Positions 51,481 to 64,000 of a stretch of 64,000 nt of DNA are shown here, in pieces (position 1 is the first letter of the stretch; each line of letters begins with the position of its first letter). A program made the translations under genes and the position numbers. The notes under the pieces are model-generated. The model did no database searches and was not told the DNA's origin. It worked only from the letters and a program-made list of their open reading frames with translations. The DNA is taken from positions 682,001-746,000 of the forward strand of contig CM039008.1 of NCBI GenBank assembly GCA_017499595.2, given 5' to 3'. The DNA is from Psilocybe cubensis. Lineage: Eukaryota.

Positions 51481-52781
51481 TTAACATAGATCAGATTCTC
51501 CGTCTTGTGTTGACATTTTTGTGGGTGTGTGCGATGTAGGCATAGTGGTGGTTGTTCCTTCGGAAGCCGTTTCGGAAAATACATGTCTTCTCATATTATT
51601 CTGCGATATGGAAGCCGGCCTCTGGGAGACATCCACAGGCGGCAAGCCGAATGTTATTGGCCCTCCAATTGATAAGTGATCCAGTGTCGTGTTTTCGAAA
51701 TAGATTCCACATTTTGTTTTGCGATAAACACGGCAAGCCATAACGTTCATCAACGTAAATTCCGGTAAACCTAGAAGTGTCCGATACACCAGTGGTATTG
51801 ACTCCATGTAGAAAATAACCAAAACAGCTAGGTTGAATACAACGGTGCTCCTAGTCATCTAGGTTAGCCGTCATGACTATCAATAAACTTGAAGGTGAAA
51901 CTTACAGATAGTATACTTGGCCATCTTGTAGTAGGACTTTGGATAATTTGGACAATTTCTTGCCTAATACGATAGCTTTTATGACGTCCTTGAAATTGAT
52001 ATCCATGTCGTCTACCAGATTAAGATGCGTCAGACGCCATGATATCGCAATGAAAACAGCGCTGTCGTAAATCAAGGACATAATTGTGCCTAGAGCAACG
52101 TAGTGCTTGAGAGTGGTGCTTATGCAATATTTCGTCGGTCCAATCATAGCTCCGGATACTCCAATTGTGCTGGGGACACAACCGCCGACCACACCGAGCC
52201 ACATGACGAAAAAGAACGCCGAAATAGCTTTGTTGTTGTGGTACATCGCGCACACTCGGAAGTAAAAAAGGAGGGAAGTAGAAGGCAGGGCGACTACGAA
52301 TATCCAGGGCGGTAGCTTGGAGAGCATCATGCAATGTCCAATCGGAGCCGCTTTTTGGATTCAGCGTTGCTAAAAAGCAAGAGATTCTGGACTTACTTTC
52401 GTATAATGTGGCAGCTAAAAGATAGGCAAGCGTTGATATCCTATGTCAAATCAGAATAATGCACGCTGTTATAACAAACGAGAGGAAAACCTTGATATGC
52501 AATACACGACGGCTGGAGGCTTCAGCGGGTGCTTCCTCAGAAGCATGTAATCTGTTCCAATGTTATTCGCAATGTCCCATAGTTGTACCTGTATTTTTGA
52601 TGTAATTTCAGTTAGATGCAGCGCTACCAAACAGGGTGATATGGCTTACGACCAATGCACCGACTAGAACGTAAGAGGCCATTGTTAATTCCCGAACTAC
52701 CGAAGCAGGGAGGTACGCCATTGGATTTGCGGAATCGAAGGTCGGCACTGTGACATTTGTGGACACCTCAGGTATTCTCAT
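51481..52781 (-). CDS. Fungal multi-pass membrane protein (DUF6533-like)
   Basis: NPMAYLP, hydrophobic helices, LLQDGQVYYL, NVMACRVYR; paralog of 60725-61984. Confidence 0.75.
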
Positions 52782-54777
52782 CTGACCGAGAATGCAAGCA
52801 GAACCTGTTCCTTCGAGCGGCTAGGGGATTGAAATATGCACTGTCGAAAGGAAAGGTTGAAATGTACTTACAACGACCTTGAAATAGGTGCCCTGAATTC
52901 AATGTTGACAGAAAGAACCCGGATATGCTGATCAACCACAATAATGTAGCCGCCCACGGGGTGAAGAAATGTGCGCCTCGCCAATAAATTATGTTTTCAT
53001 CAGTAGTGTAACCGCAAATACCCGTCGGATGAAACTCAGGGTTTTGTTAAATTTATCCAAAAAGCAACGAGGCAGACTTGTCAATAAACATTCAATTGAA
53101 ATGGTTTGAGCGATATATTGGACGCAATTATTGATCCCTTCAAAAGGCTATTTGAGTACTACCGCAGATTTTTCAGCGGTCAGAATATGTGTGCAGAGGC
53201 GCCCCAATGTAATCGGTGGGTTGTTACATTTAAAACGGAGTTTAAACCCATCACCGCGACTCTGCAATCTTGACTCCACCTTTCACCTCTGTGAGAATTG
53301 AACGTGGTTTGAGATTTTTGTTAGTGCAATCCACAAGCCACATAGCTGCAATTTTTTAAGGGATGAGTTGCTCTATGGAGCACGGTAAACATTATTTGAT
53401 GCCTTGTTACCCTGTTAGGTTCCACGTGGTTTCAACCCAAACGCTCAGGTCTGTGCCAGTGGCGGCCATAGTCTTCTCCAAATCAGTCCATTTTGTTGCG
53501 TCTTCATTGCGTCAGACTTTTGTCGATCATGTGGAAGTAGCCACAAACGGGTACACTTTCTCATGCTGAAGGAGACGCCGTCGCGTGTTGCGATTACGCG
53601 CATCACACCACCGCTGGTAAACTTAATTTCTACCACCACCGCTGTCTCCAAGCAGCGCGAACCCACTCTGGCTCATTGCGATCCACACTAAACCTTTGTT
53701 TTCAAAATTCCACCCACCCTTCTTCCAAATTCAAACTCATATCACTACACAAATAAGCAGTGTTCCCAATTCAAACAAATGAAATACTATGGTTGCACGC
53801 CCACTACAATAACTGTTGGAGGGACGCATTAGCCGGATCGCATCCATACCTAAAAGCACAGGACGCTTGGGGTCCACTAACGTGCATCGCAGGCGCTTAT
53901 AGTGCCTGCCTAAAAGAGCAACACGATCGATCGTCTGTTCCTCATGTTTATTTGTGTTTTTGCTTCCTCAATTTTTCCCAGTATTTCTTTGACGTACAAA
54001 CAAAACTCCCCCCTCAGTCGATTCTACCATCGTACTGAGGTGAGGAAATTTTTCTGCTTTACAACACCTATGCTACATACTTACGCATACACAGCATAAT
54101 ATCTATTTTGTCTAACAGGTAGCATACAGTCTAATACAGTCGATTTTACCATCGTACTGAGTATCACATCTATTTTGTCTAACAGTGGCCAACGACGACA
54201 TGGTACTATCTGAACGCAGATAACCAGCCGTAATTAGCGCAGATTTTAACACAGTGATTGAAAGGGTAAAGCAGACTACATTAAGCAAGAAGTAGGAGTA
54301 TCGAATAGATGTCAAATACTAGTGATCAATGTCATCATTGCGCTATCGTTAATTCGAAGGTCCAATTGCCCTTGGCACAACATCGGTCCAGGCATCCTCG
54401 ACAAAGCGTCCTCTGTCAGCTTGAGCGGACCGTGATGAATTGGGAGCTATATATATATTCTTTCCCTTTGACTTGCGGGAACCAAATAGGCTAAAACCAG
54501 ACGATCCTGACCTCGCAGGAACGCTGTTTGCTGGTGCATTGGACATCTGACCATCCAATACTTCATTGGACAATTGTTTATTTCAAACGAAGAACACAAC
54601 GGTAGGTAGGTAGACTGTATGAATTCACTTCGGTCCATCAGCTGTCCCCGAGACCCACTCGACTAGGGTGCTCCAATGGGACTTTTTAATTCCCTTTCCC
54701 TTTCAGCTGTGTCATAGGGACATCAAAATCCCTACTCAAAAAAACCGCACCCAAAGCCAAGGCCAATACCAAAGCAT

Positions 54778-55326
54778 TGTTGCGCCTGCAGCCCAGGATG
54801 ATCCCAAATCATTGTCAAACAAGTATGTTGGATCAGTTATACAAAGGGATACTCTGAGGCGCCTATCTAATGATTCCAACAAAATTCAGTCATTTTCCAA
54901 TATCTATGCTTGATTTCACAAATCTGGAGGCTCTTACAACAAAATACGCGAATGCCAAAGCATTGGTAACATACATTGCGAAAACAAAGAGGCTAAGACG
55001 AACATACAAAGAAGACACGTTACTACGAGGATTGGAGGAGGAGGATTAGGGAAGAGGAAACAAACATACAAAGCGGTCGGAAGGACTGCGAAGATAAAAG
55101 GAGATCAAGGAGAAGGAATACACTAGAAGGGAAGGAATTGCCTGAAGGAGGCGCCGGAGGTGCTGGGCCAAACAGCCCGGGGAAGGGTCTGGGTCTAGAG
55201 GGGGGACGAGAAGGCCCTCCGAGACGCAGGCACAGGCCGATGAAAGCAACTAAGGGCTCAGGGAGCCTATAGGTAGATTAGCAGTACTACGCCAAGGGAG
55301 GGGCCCTCCCCTCAGAGGCGCTAACA
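54778..55326. mobile_element. Possible solo LTR (~550 bp)
   Basis: TG...CA ends with short inverted termini TGTTGCGCCT / AGGCGCTAACA; no matching TSD. Confidence 0.35.
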
Positions 55327-56273
55327 TAAAACAAAAAAAAATGTTTGATTTAGTACACCAGATCGTTACTTGAAAATGTAGAGAATATATGTCTACTTCT
55401 ATATCTTGGTATTTAGCCATGCCTGACCCATAAATTCCGAGACTGTATGCTTTAATCCTCCCTAAGTTAACTTTCTCATGGCCCCATAACTTTCAATTTA
55501 ACAAGTACAAATTTGCCACCACACGATGAACTAACCAATGCACTAACATAACCCTGAACGCACTGACACACCCTGACCAATTTATAGATCATTGGAAACA
55601 TGCACTGACATTGCACTGACATTACTGTGGTATGCACTGACATGCACTGACCGCACTGACGTTGCACTGACATTTTCCAGTGCCCTTATCGAGTGTAAGG
55701 TATTTTTCGGACCTTTAAGCTTCTAAGAATAGGCGCCGGTGCCTTCTGATAATTGAGAACGATTGCCCAAGAGAAACTCTTTAATTTGAGATACCCTATA
55801 AACGAATCAGTGATTCGTGTTCTCAACAAACCAACATTGGGATATGAGTAGATGACATCACGGTCAAAATTGTCCGCTGGGAAAAATTGGTAGGAACCGC
55901 CAAGCGCCCTGATGTTGCGTCACGAAAGGTCAGGAACTAGGTTGGACTCAACTCGATGAAATATTTTGAGATCGTGTATACTAGAACCTCAACGAACTTG
56001 TGTCTGCCTTCGTACACAAAACTCGGACGGGTCAGTTTAATTCCAGGCGAGCCGCGCGAGCTGGCCAAGTGCGTGCCGAAGTCGGCATGCTATGCCAAGT
56101 CCAGGCAACTTCCGGTTGGCAAGGTTTGGAAGGGATGCTCATTCGGTGAAGGTTGTTCAGTTCTTCCATTTCCCCCTCCCGCTTTTTCATCGTTTCTCTT
56201 CCTTCCACGTCGCCTCCTGTCTTCTGGACTCCAACCTTTCTTTTTGAACTCACACTCTTTACGCAAGACCACA

Positions 56274-57102
56274 ATGTTCTCCCAACTTTTTGCCATCGCT
56301 GCTCTTGCTATCGCTGCTCAATGTAGGTGCACTCCACCTTTGTCAGGTTGATAATACTAATCATGCCGTTTTTTTGTTGAAATATTTTTAATAGCTGTGG
56401 CTGCCGCGGATTGCACTAGAAGCTACACCATTCAAGACGGAGATTATTGCGACAAAATCTCGCAAGCGCAGAATGTGTCTACGTAAGTACTTTTTGGAGA
56501 TAGTTTGACCGCCAGCGCTCACAGCACAACCCTTTTGCAGATACCAGCTCGCTGTTGTGAACAGTGACTCAGTTGATACGTCTTGCTCCAATCTCAAACC
56601 TGGAGCGTCTCTTTGCCTTGCCCAGAAGCCAGAGGAAGACTGCCGTACCACCTACACCGTCGTGCTAGGAGACACCTGTGACAGCGTCGCCGCCAACAAT
56701 GGACTGAACACCACCATTCTCTACTTGAACAACCCCCAGATCAACGAAGGATGCACTAACATCTACACTGGCGAGGTACGTGAATTTGCCGATCACATTC
56801 CTGGCCTTAACTGAAGGAAATTGTATCAATAGGTTCTTTGCACTTCGAAGACCGTTCAAGTAGCTGCTATCCCCGCTAAAGGTGTCTCCATCGCCGCCCC
56901 TGGTTCTTCCACGACTCTCCTCACTCCATCTGCCACAAAAGCTGCGATTACACCCGCAAGCGCCGCCCCCGCCGCGGCTGCTACTCCAGCTGATGATGGA
57001 AGCTGCGACGATGACGATACTCCTGCGTCCAACGACGACGATTGTGACGACGACAGCAACGATGATGACGATGATGACCTCCCTTTCTGCGACGAGATCT
57101 AA
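56274..57102 (+). CDS. Secreted LysM-domain (CBM50) protein with two LysM domains and an acidic tail
   Basis: Signal peptide MFSQLFAIAALAIAA; CTRSYTIQDGDYCDKIS and CRTTYTVVLGDTCDSVA..NPQIN..CTNIYTGEVLC; ends DDLPFCDEI*. Confidence 0.88.
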
Positions 57103-58805
57103 GGGATCGGCCTTCCAATCATCGCGCACCATTGAACAAGCTTTCCCGAACTATCTCCACCCTAATCCCTAGACCCTCTACTTCAACCCTCTTCTGAGCC
57201 TGACCGATTCTAGTGGGAGACGAGAATCAGCCGGCCAGATCCCCGCGTCTCCTACACTCTTCTCTTTCTTTTTCTTTCTCTTATTCTTATATCGTAACGT
57301 ATCGGTCACTTTCTTTCTCGATCTCGCCTATCAGTGGTGTACTCCACAGCGAACCTCTTTCCTATCTCTTGCCTCCTCGGAGACCTTGCATTCTCAACAC
57401 CTTGCTTTAGCTTGCTGTATGCCCAAATTTCATCTCCGGCTTCGGTTCAGCGAATCGATAAGGTCCGGGATGTATACCTTGCCTGTTCCTGTTCTTTGAT
57501 AGAATAGACGAAATGTTTGACCCAATACCCATTCCTTTAGATGAGATGTTGATATCCATGAAAGCCGCAAGAGGAGTATTGGGTGCTCAACTCAGAATGA
57601 TATGCAGTTATTCACATTCTAGAGGTCCAAAGAGGATGACCCGGTGTAGGGTATGAACCGTGTGGTAGCTGGTCTTGGCAGCGGGTATAATGGACTAGCG
57701 CTGGCGGATCTTTTTTCATTGAGGCTGCTATCCGACTTGTCCGTCTTCCTTCCTTCCGTCGGTCACCGTAGTGCATTGTACAAACAACTTTCCAGCTTTT
57801 AGAAATCGAAATTGCTCTATTTCCTGCTTGCAGGACTATCTCGGCTTGTACTCGACCTCGGCATTCTTATCACGGGAAATTTTGACGGCATCCCGGCACT
57901 GCACTGGTTTGCGAACAGCGACTGAGCTTTATCGCGTGCTTCGTTCCTTGTCCAGAGTTTAACACACTCAACTCCCCCAGTGCGCGCACTGCGGCCCAAT
58001 ATCTGTCTTTATTACTGAAGCTGAAACGGTTGATTCGAATTCTTGCTCTTTCAGGACCTCTGTCCCTCAAAAGCCCTTGATCGATTAATCAAAACTAAGA
58101 CTAGCTCCACTCGCCTTGGACGGACAACAATGGGAGAAGCCAGAGACCTCGAGTCGTCGGAATTCTTATGCAGAATGAAAGCATCGGACGTCTTGAAATG
58201 ACACGGGTATCTTGCTCTGAAGCTCCTTCAGCTAGGAATCAATGGGCGGAAAGAGTTTCACCGTTTTAATCCTAGGTTACCTAGAGATATATCCTCTTCG
58301 CTCCACAGCTTCGCCTGTCATAAAAGAACGATCATCAAAGGCTCGTATTTGTGCGTACTTTTGCCTTGGGCTCTGATTGCGTGCCGATTGCGAGGACTGA
58401 TCCTCATATGCAGAATATGAATGGCTTGCACGCCTACTATGATCTCGAAGACTCGGTCATTCCTGGCTATATTCAACGCGCTGTCTTCGTTTGCTCCTGA
58501 AGCTGAATGTTCTACACTTAGTAATTAAAAGGTGCACATAACTGTTTAGCCTTTTCTTCGGACGGGCTCTGTATCCATCATTCACTTATAGCAGATCTCA
58601 ACCCCTTGTTTGAGTGTCAGACGCTGTATAGGACGAAATACCATCGGGATTTCGATTTCGATCTTCCCAGAAGTAACGCGCAACCACATATGCTATGAAA
58701 CAGGACAATGTTTCCTATTTTTAAAGTTGTCTATGTCATACATAAAGACTCTCTGCTGTTGTTCTGAAATCTGAACGAATTCCTTAGTTGCTCCAGACTC
58801 GGAGA

Positions 58806-59897
58806 ATGCAACTTTCAAAACTCGCTTTGTTGGCTTCTTTTGTTGGTGCTGCTGTAGCTCACACTCGCATTTGGGGAGTATGGGTCAACGATGTCGATCA
58901 AGGCGACGGTGTAGGCGTTTATGTATGTCCTCGCATCATCTCATCCAACAAGTGTCATTAACTGTCCCTCTCAATTGTTGAAGGTTCGTTCTCCGCCAAC
59001 AAACGACCCCGTTAAGGACTTGACATCCTCTGCCATGACTTGCAATGTCAACAATAACCGTAATACCTTTTCATTTCGTTTCAGTGTCATGATTTATAAC
59101 GTTATGTAGCCGTTCCTCAGACTGTCCCTGTCAAAGCTGGTGATAAGCTCACTTTCGAGTGGTTCCACAACACGTCAGCGATCAGCCTTTTTAAGTTCAA
59201 TATGCCAATCTAAGAAACATTCTTTTCAGGCGCGGTGACGACATCATTGCAAGCTCACACAAGGGACCTAGTGAGCAACATCATTTATTTTATTTATTTG
59301 ATACATCTGATTGAAAGCGACTGCGAAGTTCTCGTGTACATCGCACCAACAGACACAAATGGTGCTCCAGGAGCAGTCTGGACGAAGCTCTACGAATTCG
59401 GCATCAGCAACAATCTATGGGCCGTAGACGACCTTCTCGCCGCGAAAGGGAAGCACAATATCATCGTCCCAAATATCCCTGCTGGAAATTACCTACTCCG
59501 CGGTGAGCTTTCTCAGCAGGACCTTTCCTTCGTGGAGCACTTACACCTAATTTGGACGTGCCATAGCTGAGATTATCGCTTTGCACGAAGCGAATGTCGC
59601 CTACACAGATAACCCCGTCCGTGGAGCGCAGCTATATATGAACTGCGTTCAAATTCAGGTGACTTCCTCTGGTAACCTCACCCTTCCGGCTGGAACGTCC
59701 TTCCCTGGTACGTTAGACCTTTCTCTCATTCTCTCCATGCTTACAATTTTATTTAATTTGCTTGGACAGGTTCATACACCTCGGATACCCCAGGAATTGT
59801 TTGGAACCTCTACTCAACGACAGTGAACCAGAATACGTATCCAATTCCTGGTCCTGAAGTGTGGTCTGGCGCGGCTGGGGGGTCGATCGCAGCATGA
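58806..59897 (+). CDS. AA9 (GH61) lytic polysaccharide monooxygenase, multi-exon
   Basis: Signal peptide followed by His1 (A|HTRIWG); [29 protein letters not shown]. Confidence 0.9.
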
Positions 59898-60724
59898 TCC
59901 CAACAAGAACCCAGAAAGCATTGAGGAGGCCATAACACATTTGTTAAAGTAGTTTCAGTGAAAAATACAAGAGGGCGAGTGGTATAGTGGTAGGTTTCAA
60001 ATGAAATTCCTTCAAGTTATATTGAAATTTTCAACTTCACGAATTACGGACCTTTGGGCCTTCGACTAAAAATAGATTTAACTCTTTCGGCGTCCTCCCA
60101 GATGAAAAAAGGCATGTGTTTCTAGGGGCAAGACCCCAAGGCCAATGTGCGCTCAGAGTCAGAAATGTTCAACTTGAATCCAAGGTCAGGATATATCTGA
60201 TGTCGCATACCAATAATCACAAATCAGAGGCCGAAGGAGAAAGAGGAAAACCTTCAACTGGTAACTCGAAAGTAAAGGCGGAAAGCAAAATAAGCGGATT
60301 TCTTCTTGAGGTTCTTGGCTTTTCTGTAGACACTGCGTACATCCGGACCTCCTCCATAATATTATTCTGCTGCCACGACGCGCTGACTTCTAGTGACGAC
60401 CGTTTATGAGATATTCCTGAAACTGGCAGTATACTCAAGGATACACTTTGGCTAAAATAAAGCTCATTTATGACATCTACTTCTATAAACACCATTCAGA
60501 CCAGCTCAAAAGCCCTCGTAGTATTGACAAATTAGTATTACAGTGTCTACTACCCGAGCTTCGTTACAATAAATTAGGTTTACAACGGAAGAGATAACAA
60601 ATAATTTTAGGGTATAAAATGCACGAGGTTGGCACATATTATTTAAAGTCTCCGAAGCATATATGAACCAAACGGTTCTTGGATTTTACACCAGGCACGT
60701 CTTTTCGTGTTCGTGAGTCCTCCC

Positions 60725-61984
60725 ATGAACACTGCTGGTCCTGACGTCCCACCGTTCGACGCTTCAAATCGTCATTTTTATCTCCCCTTCTCACTGTCTC
60801 GTGATTTGGAAATCGCGTCTTACGTCCTTGTTAGTGCTATGGTTGTACGTCGTTCAGCTCTAGGATTTTTTATCTTAGATAGGGGCTAACCTTGATGTTT
60901 GTTCATCATCTAGATCCAGCTTTGGGACGTTATAAACAACCTCAAGACTGATTATAGACTTCTCATAAAACATCGTTTCAGGATACCTGTCTTCGTATAC
61001 TGGACCTCTAGGTAATTTTATTCGTACTTTTTGCAAGGATGGGACTACCTTTAAACGTGATGCTGTATCAGGATAACAACACTTTTATATCTACTTGTAG
61101 CCACGATCTATTCAAGTAAGTAAGACGGTTTTAAACCAAACTTCAGCTCAAGATACCTTTCATTTTTTGTCACAGCGGCACCTGTCGGAAATTGCGAGAT
61201 GCTTTCCAAAGTACCGCCTGCCGTTTTCCTGGTCGCACTTCCGTCAACCTCCCTTCTGTTCTACTTCCGGGTGAGCGCTTTGTACAGCAACAAATACGTC
61301 TCTGCAGTATTCTTCGTCATGTGGCTCTCCATCCTTGGCGGGTGCATACCAATTATCAGGAGTGTGTCAGGTGCGCACATTGGCCCAACGAACTACTGCA
61401 TCAGCATAGCTCTGGAAGACGCCGCTGCGCCGGGAACCATCATCCCCCTCATCTATGACAGCACAATTTTCATTGCTATATCTTGGCGGCTAATGCGCAT
61501 GTCGCTTCCACATGATACTGGCCTCAAGGAAGCCGTAAAAGTCGTCGCATTTGGCAAGAACCTTTCCAAATTCTCCAAGTCATTGCTACAAGACGGCCAA
61601 GCATACTATTTGTGAGTACACACGTTTTGATGCATTTTTCCCTCCGTGACGTCAATTTAACCTTCAAGGAGCTCAGTCGGATTGAACCTGGCCGTTGTGA
61701 TAATTTTCTTTAATCGCTCGCTTCCAGTGGTGTATCGGTCCTTACTCCCCCTACCCCACTTCACCATAATGAACGTCATGGCATGTCGCGTCTACCGTAA
61801 AACAAAAGCGGGGGTTTATCGTGAGAACTCTACGATGGGCCCGGTTAGCGCCCTCAACTTCGACCACAAGACGTCATCATTGAGAACAGACTGCACCTTC
61901 GAGCGCGATAACTCGGTACGGGAAGTAACTTTCGATACGCCAGATACGTCTGGTAGAACTACAATGGTGAGTGGAACCCATTAG
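60725..61984 (+). CDS. Fungal multi-pass membrane protein (DUF6533-like), paralog of 51481-52781
   Basis: VALPSTSLLFYFRV, LLQDGQAYYL and NVMACRVYRKTK shared with the paralog; matching intron layout. Confidence 0.75.
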
Positions 61985-62727
61985 CCTCATCCTAGTACCA
62001 GCGTAATAATTACATCCGTTTTGGCGATTTACAGGTATAATTTAGGTGTACTGGCAAGACACTCGGAAGACCTATTTTTCATGCCATTTGAAGGATAATA
62101 CTGCCATGGAAGTAGGCTGGAGGAAAAATCATCAGCGTTAACAATGTCATGCGCATTTTAACGAGGCAAATCACTGAAAACTGGGGGCAGTGTCCTCTTG
62201 GTGTGATCCTCGAAATGTTGGAAAAAGTTCCATGACTCCGAATCTATGGGTAGGGTAGTTCTATCAGTTCAACCATGTTTTTAGAAAGATCTACGCGTCA
62301 ACAGCGAAAAACCCATAAAACCTGGGACTTTGAATGGCCTTTGGCTAGCCATCATTATGGAGCTAACAGTACTTTGCAACCAGCTGCAGTAATGGAACAA
62401 GCCTTACAAAATACAATACCGAGACTGTATTGATACTACCCCATGTATTCACAAATCAAGTGAGATGCGTCGATATCTCTAAGAGTCATCTGATGGCCAG
62501 TGGTATCCAGCTGTCACAAACGCATTGTTGGTTGGATGGAGGTTGGCGTTGAGCCATGTTTGATACCAGATAACCATGATCCCGGTGAGTTGATCGTTCA
62601 GACCCAAGTTAAGGCGCACTATTATTGGAATAAGGTAACATAAATAGAGCCCTGTGATCACTAGAGGGTGCTAGGGAGCTACCCTAATTTTAGCATTCGA
62701 ACCTTGTTCAGAGCAGGTCCGCCGTGC

Positions 62728-64000
62728 TCAGATACGAACTAGCCATCCCATGTATAGGATCTGCATAAGGGCCTCTAGGAGGAGGAAAATGATCCGTCTC
62801 CGACGCTGTGCCTGCGTGACTGTTGCGGTGGCATGAGTGGCGGGAACACTGGCGGGATCGGGGAGAATGACAGCTCGCAATGAACGCAGCTAGGCAAAAC
62901 GATCAACGTCGAAAAACGAAAAAAGAAAGGGAAAAAAGCGATTACCAAGAAGAACGCATAGCCTGCAAACGCGTACAAAAATACCATGGTCCATAGCGGG
63001 CCCTTAACGCCGAGAAATCCAGCAGCGAGGGTAAAAATCACACTGATAGTAGTACGCGTCAATTACTCATCAGTTGCGAGATGCCCAACACTCACCCAAC
63101 AAATTTATAGCCACCATAAGCAATCAGATCCATCACTTGCGATGATCCTTGGATATTGAGGATGTAGCAACCTAATCTAACAAAGCAAAAGTCCAAAAGG
63201 AGGACGGCAGTCGAACGCGACGCGGATTCTCCGAGAACCTAATGCCAGATGAGTTTTATAAAATTGTCAAAATTATAGCTATACAAACCAGAGGCGAAAA
63301 CTTCGAGTTAATTCCTGAGTTCAGTGTCGTCAAGAGGATGTAGGTGAACACAGCCATGACTATCGATTGTGATAGAATTAGAAAGAGATTTCGCCTCCGT
63401 TCGGCGAGAACAACTCACCAGGAATGTACAAATCTGGACTGTTGATATCATTTCTGGGTGGGAGCCACTCTCCTTGGGCGCGCGGACGACGAAAATACGT
63501 TTTGTGCATCCAGGGAAACAGCAACAAACGAAGCTTTTTGATGACATACGAGTTCGAAACATTGAAGTAATGTTTGATGTGGTAAGAGGGAATGATTGTC
63601 CCGAACTACGACGCGTTTATATGAAGAAATAGGATTCCATGTTAAACACACGCACATTTCGTTGCACATATTCTTGACCAGCCGCAACAGCGCTTTGTCC
63701 CAATTGCATTCCCAGCTGAGCTGTTGCCCCATCAAATCCCCAAGCTGCATAATCAGGCCCTGACATATGTGCGTTCTGCTGAGGTGGTAGAGGATGCTGT
63801 TGCTGAGTTTGAGGTTGCATATGGTGCATATTCATTCCAGTCTGGTATTGAGGGGGTATGGGTGGTTGCGAATGCTGAAAAGGGGACGTGTAGGCGGGTA
63901 CATGACTTGGGTATGACTGCTGCTGCTGCGGTTGACCGGGCCCAGGAGAAGAAGAGAAACGTTGGTAACCCTGCGGTGACGCTGGCGTTGAAGGTGGCTC
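62728..64000 (-). CDS. YIF1: YIF1/Hrf1 ER-Golgi membrane protein (5' end outside the window)
   Basis: GMQLGQSAVAAGQEYVQRN, DINSPDLYIP, MAVFTYILL, C-terminal RRRIIFLLLEALMQILYMGWLVRI*. Confidence 0.85.

Noticed and set aside
55555-55685. Short GCACTGAC repeats
   Set aside because: Degenerate; no clear termini or TSD could be assigned

Overview
Intron-rich eukaryotic DNA from a basidiomycete (Agaricales-like gene content). The first ~46 kb is a nest of transposons whose ends can be resolved to the base. A ~4.2-kb hAT element (3300-36578, 8-bp TSD CCTGAATC) has its transposase interrupted by two large multi-gene DNA transposons. One is a 13.5-kb Plavaka/CMC-type element (3568-17041; CATCA termini, 2-bp TSD AA; transposase, cargo genes and three kinds of repeat array). 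The other is a 15.6-kb Kyakuja-Dileera-Zisupton (KDZ) element (19321-34955; 318-bp TIRs, 7-bp TSD GGTACAG) carrying a CxC2-KDZ transposase, an apparently intact TET/JBP dioxygenase, a Zn-cluster/coiled-coil protein and other cargo. Removing both inserts restores the hAT reading frame at both junctions. The hAT and a 1.5-kb non-autonomous CATCA element (36830-38332) sit in one copy of a local tandem duplication, and the other copy preserves the empty sites. A decayed LINE fragment follows. The last ~18 kb holds ordinary host genes: COQ1-like prenyl diphosphate synthase, an NAD(P)-dependent reductase, two paralogous membrane proteins, a LysM protein, an AA9 LPMO and YIF1. All exon models and family calls were made by eye, without database searches.
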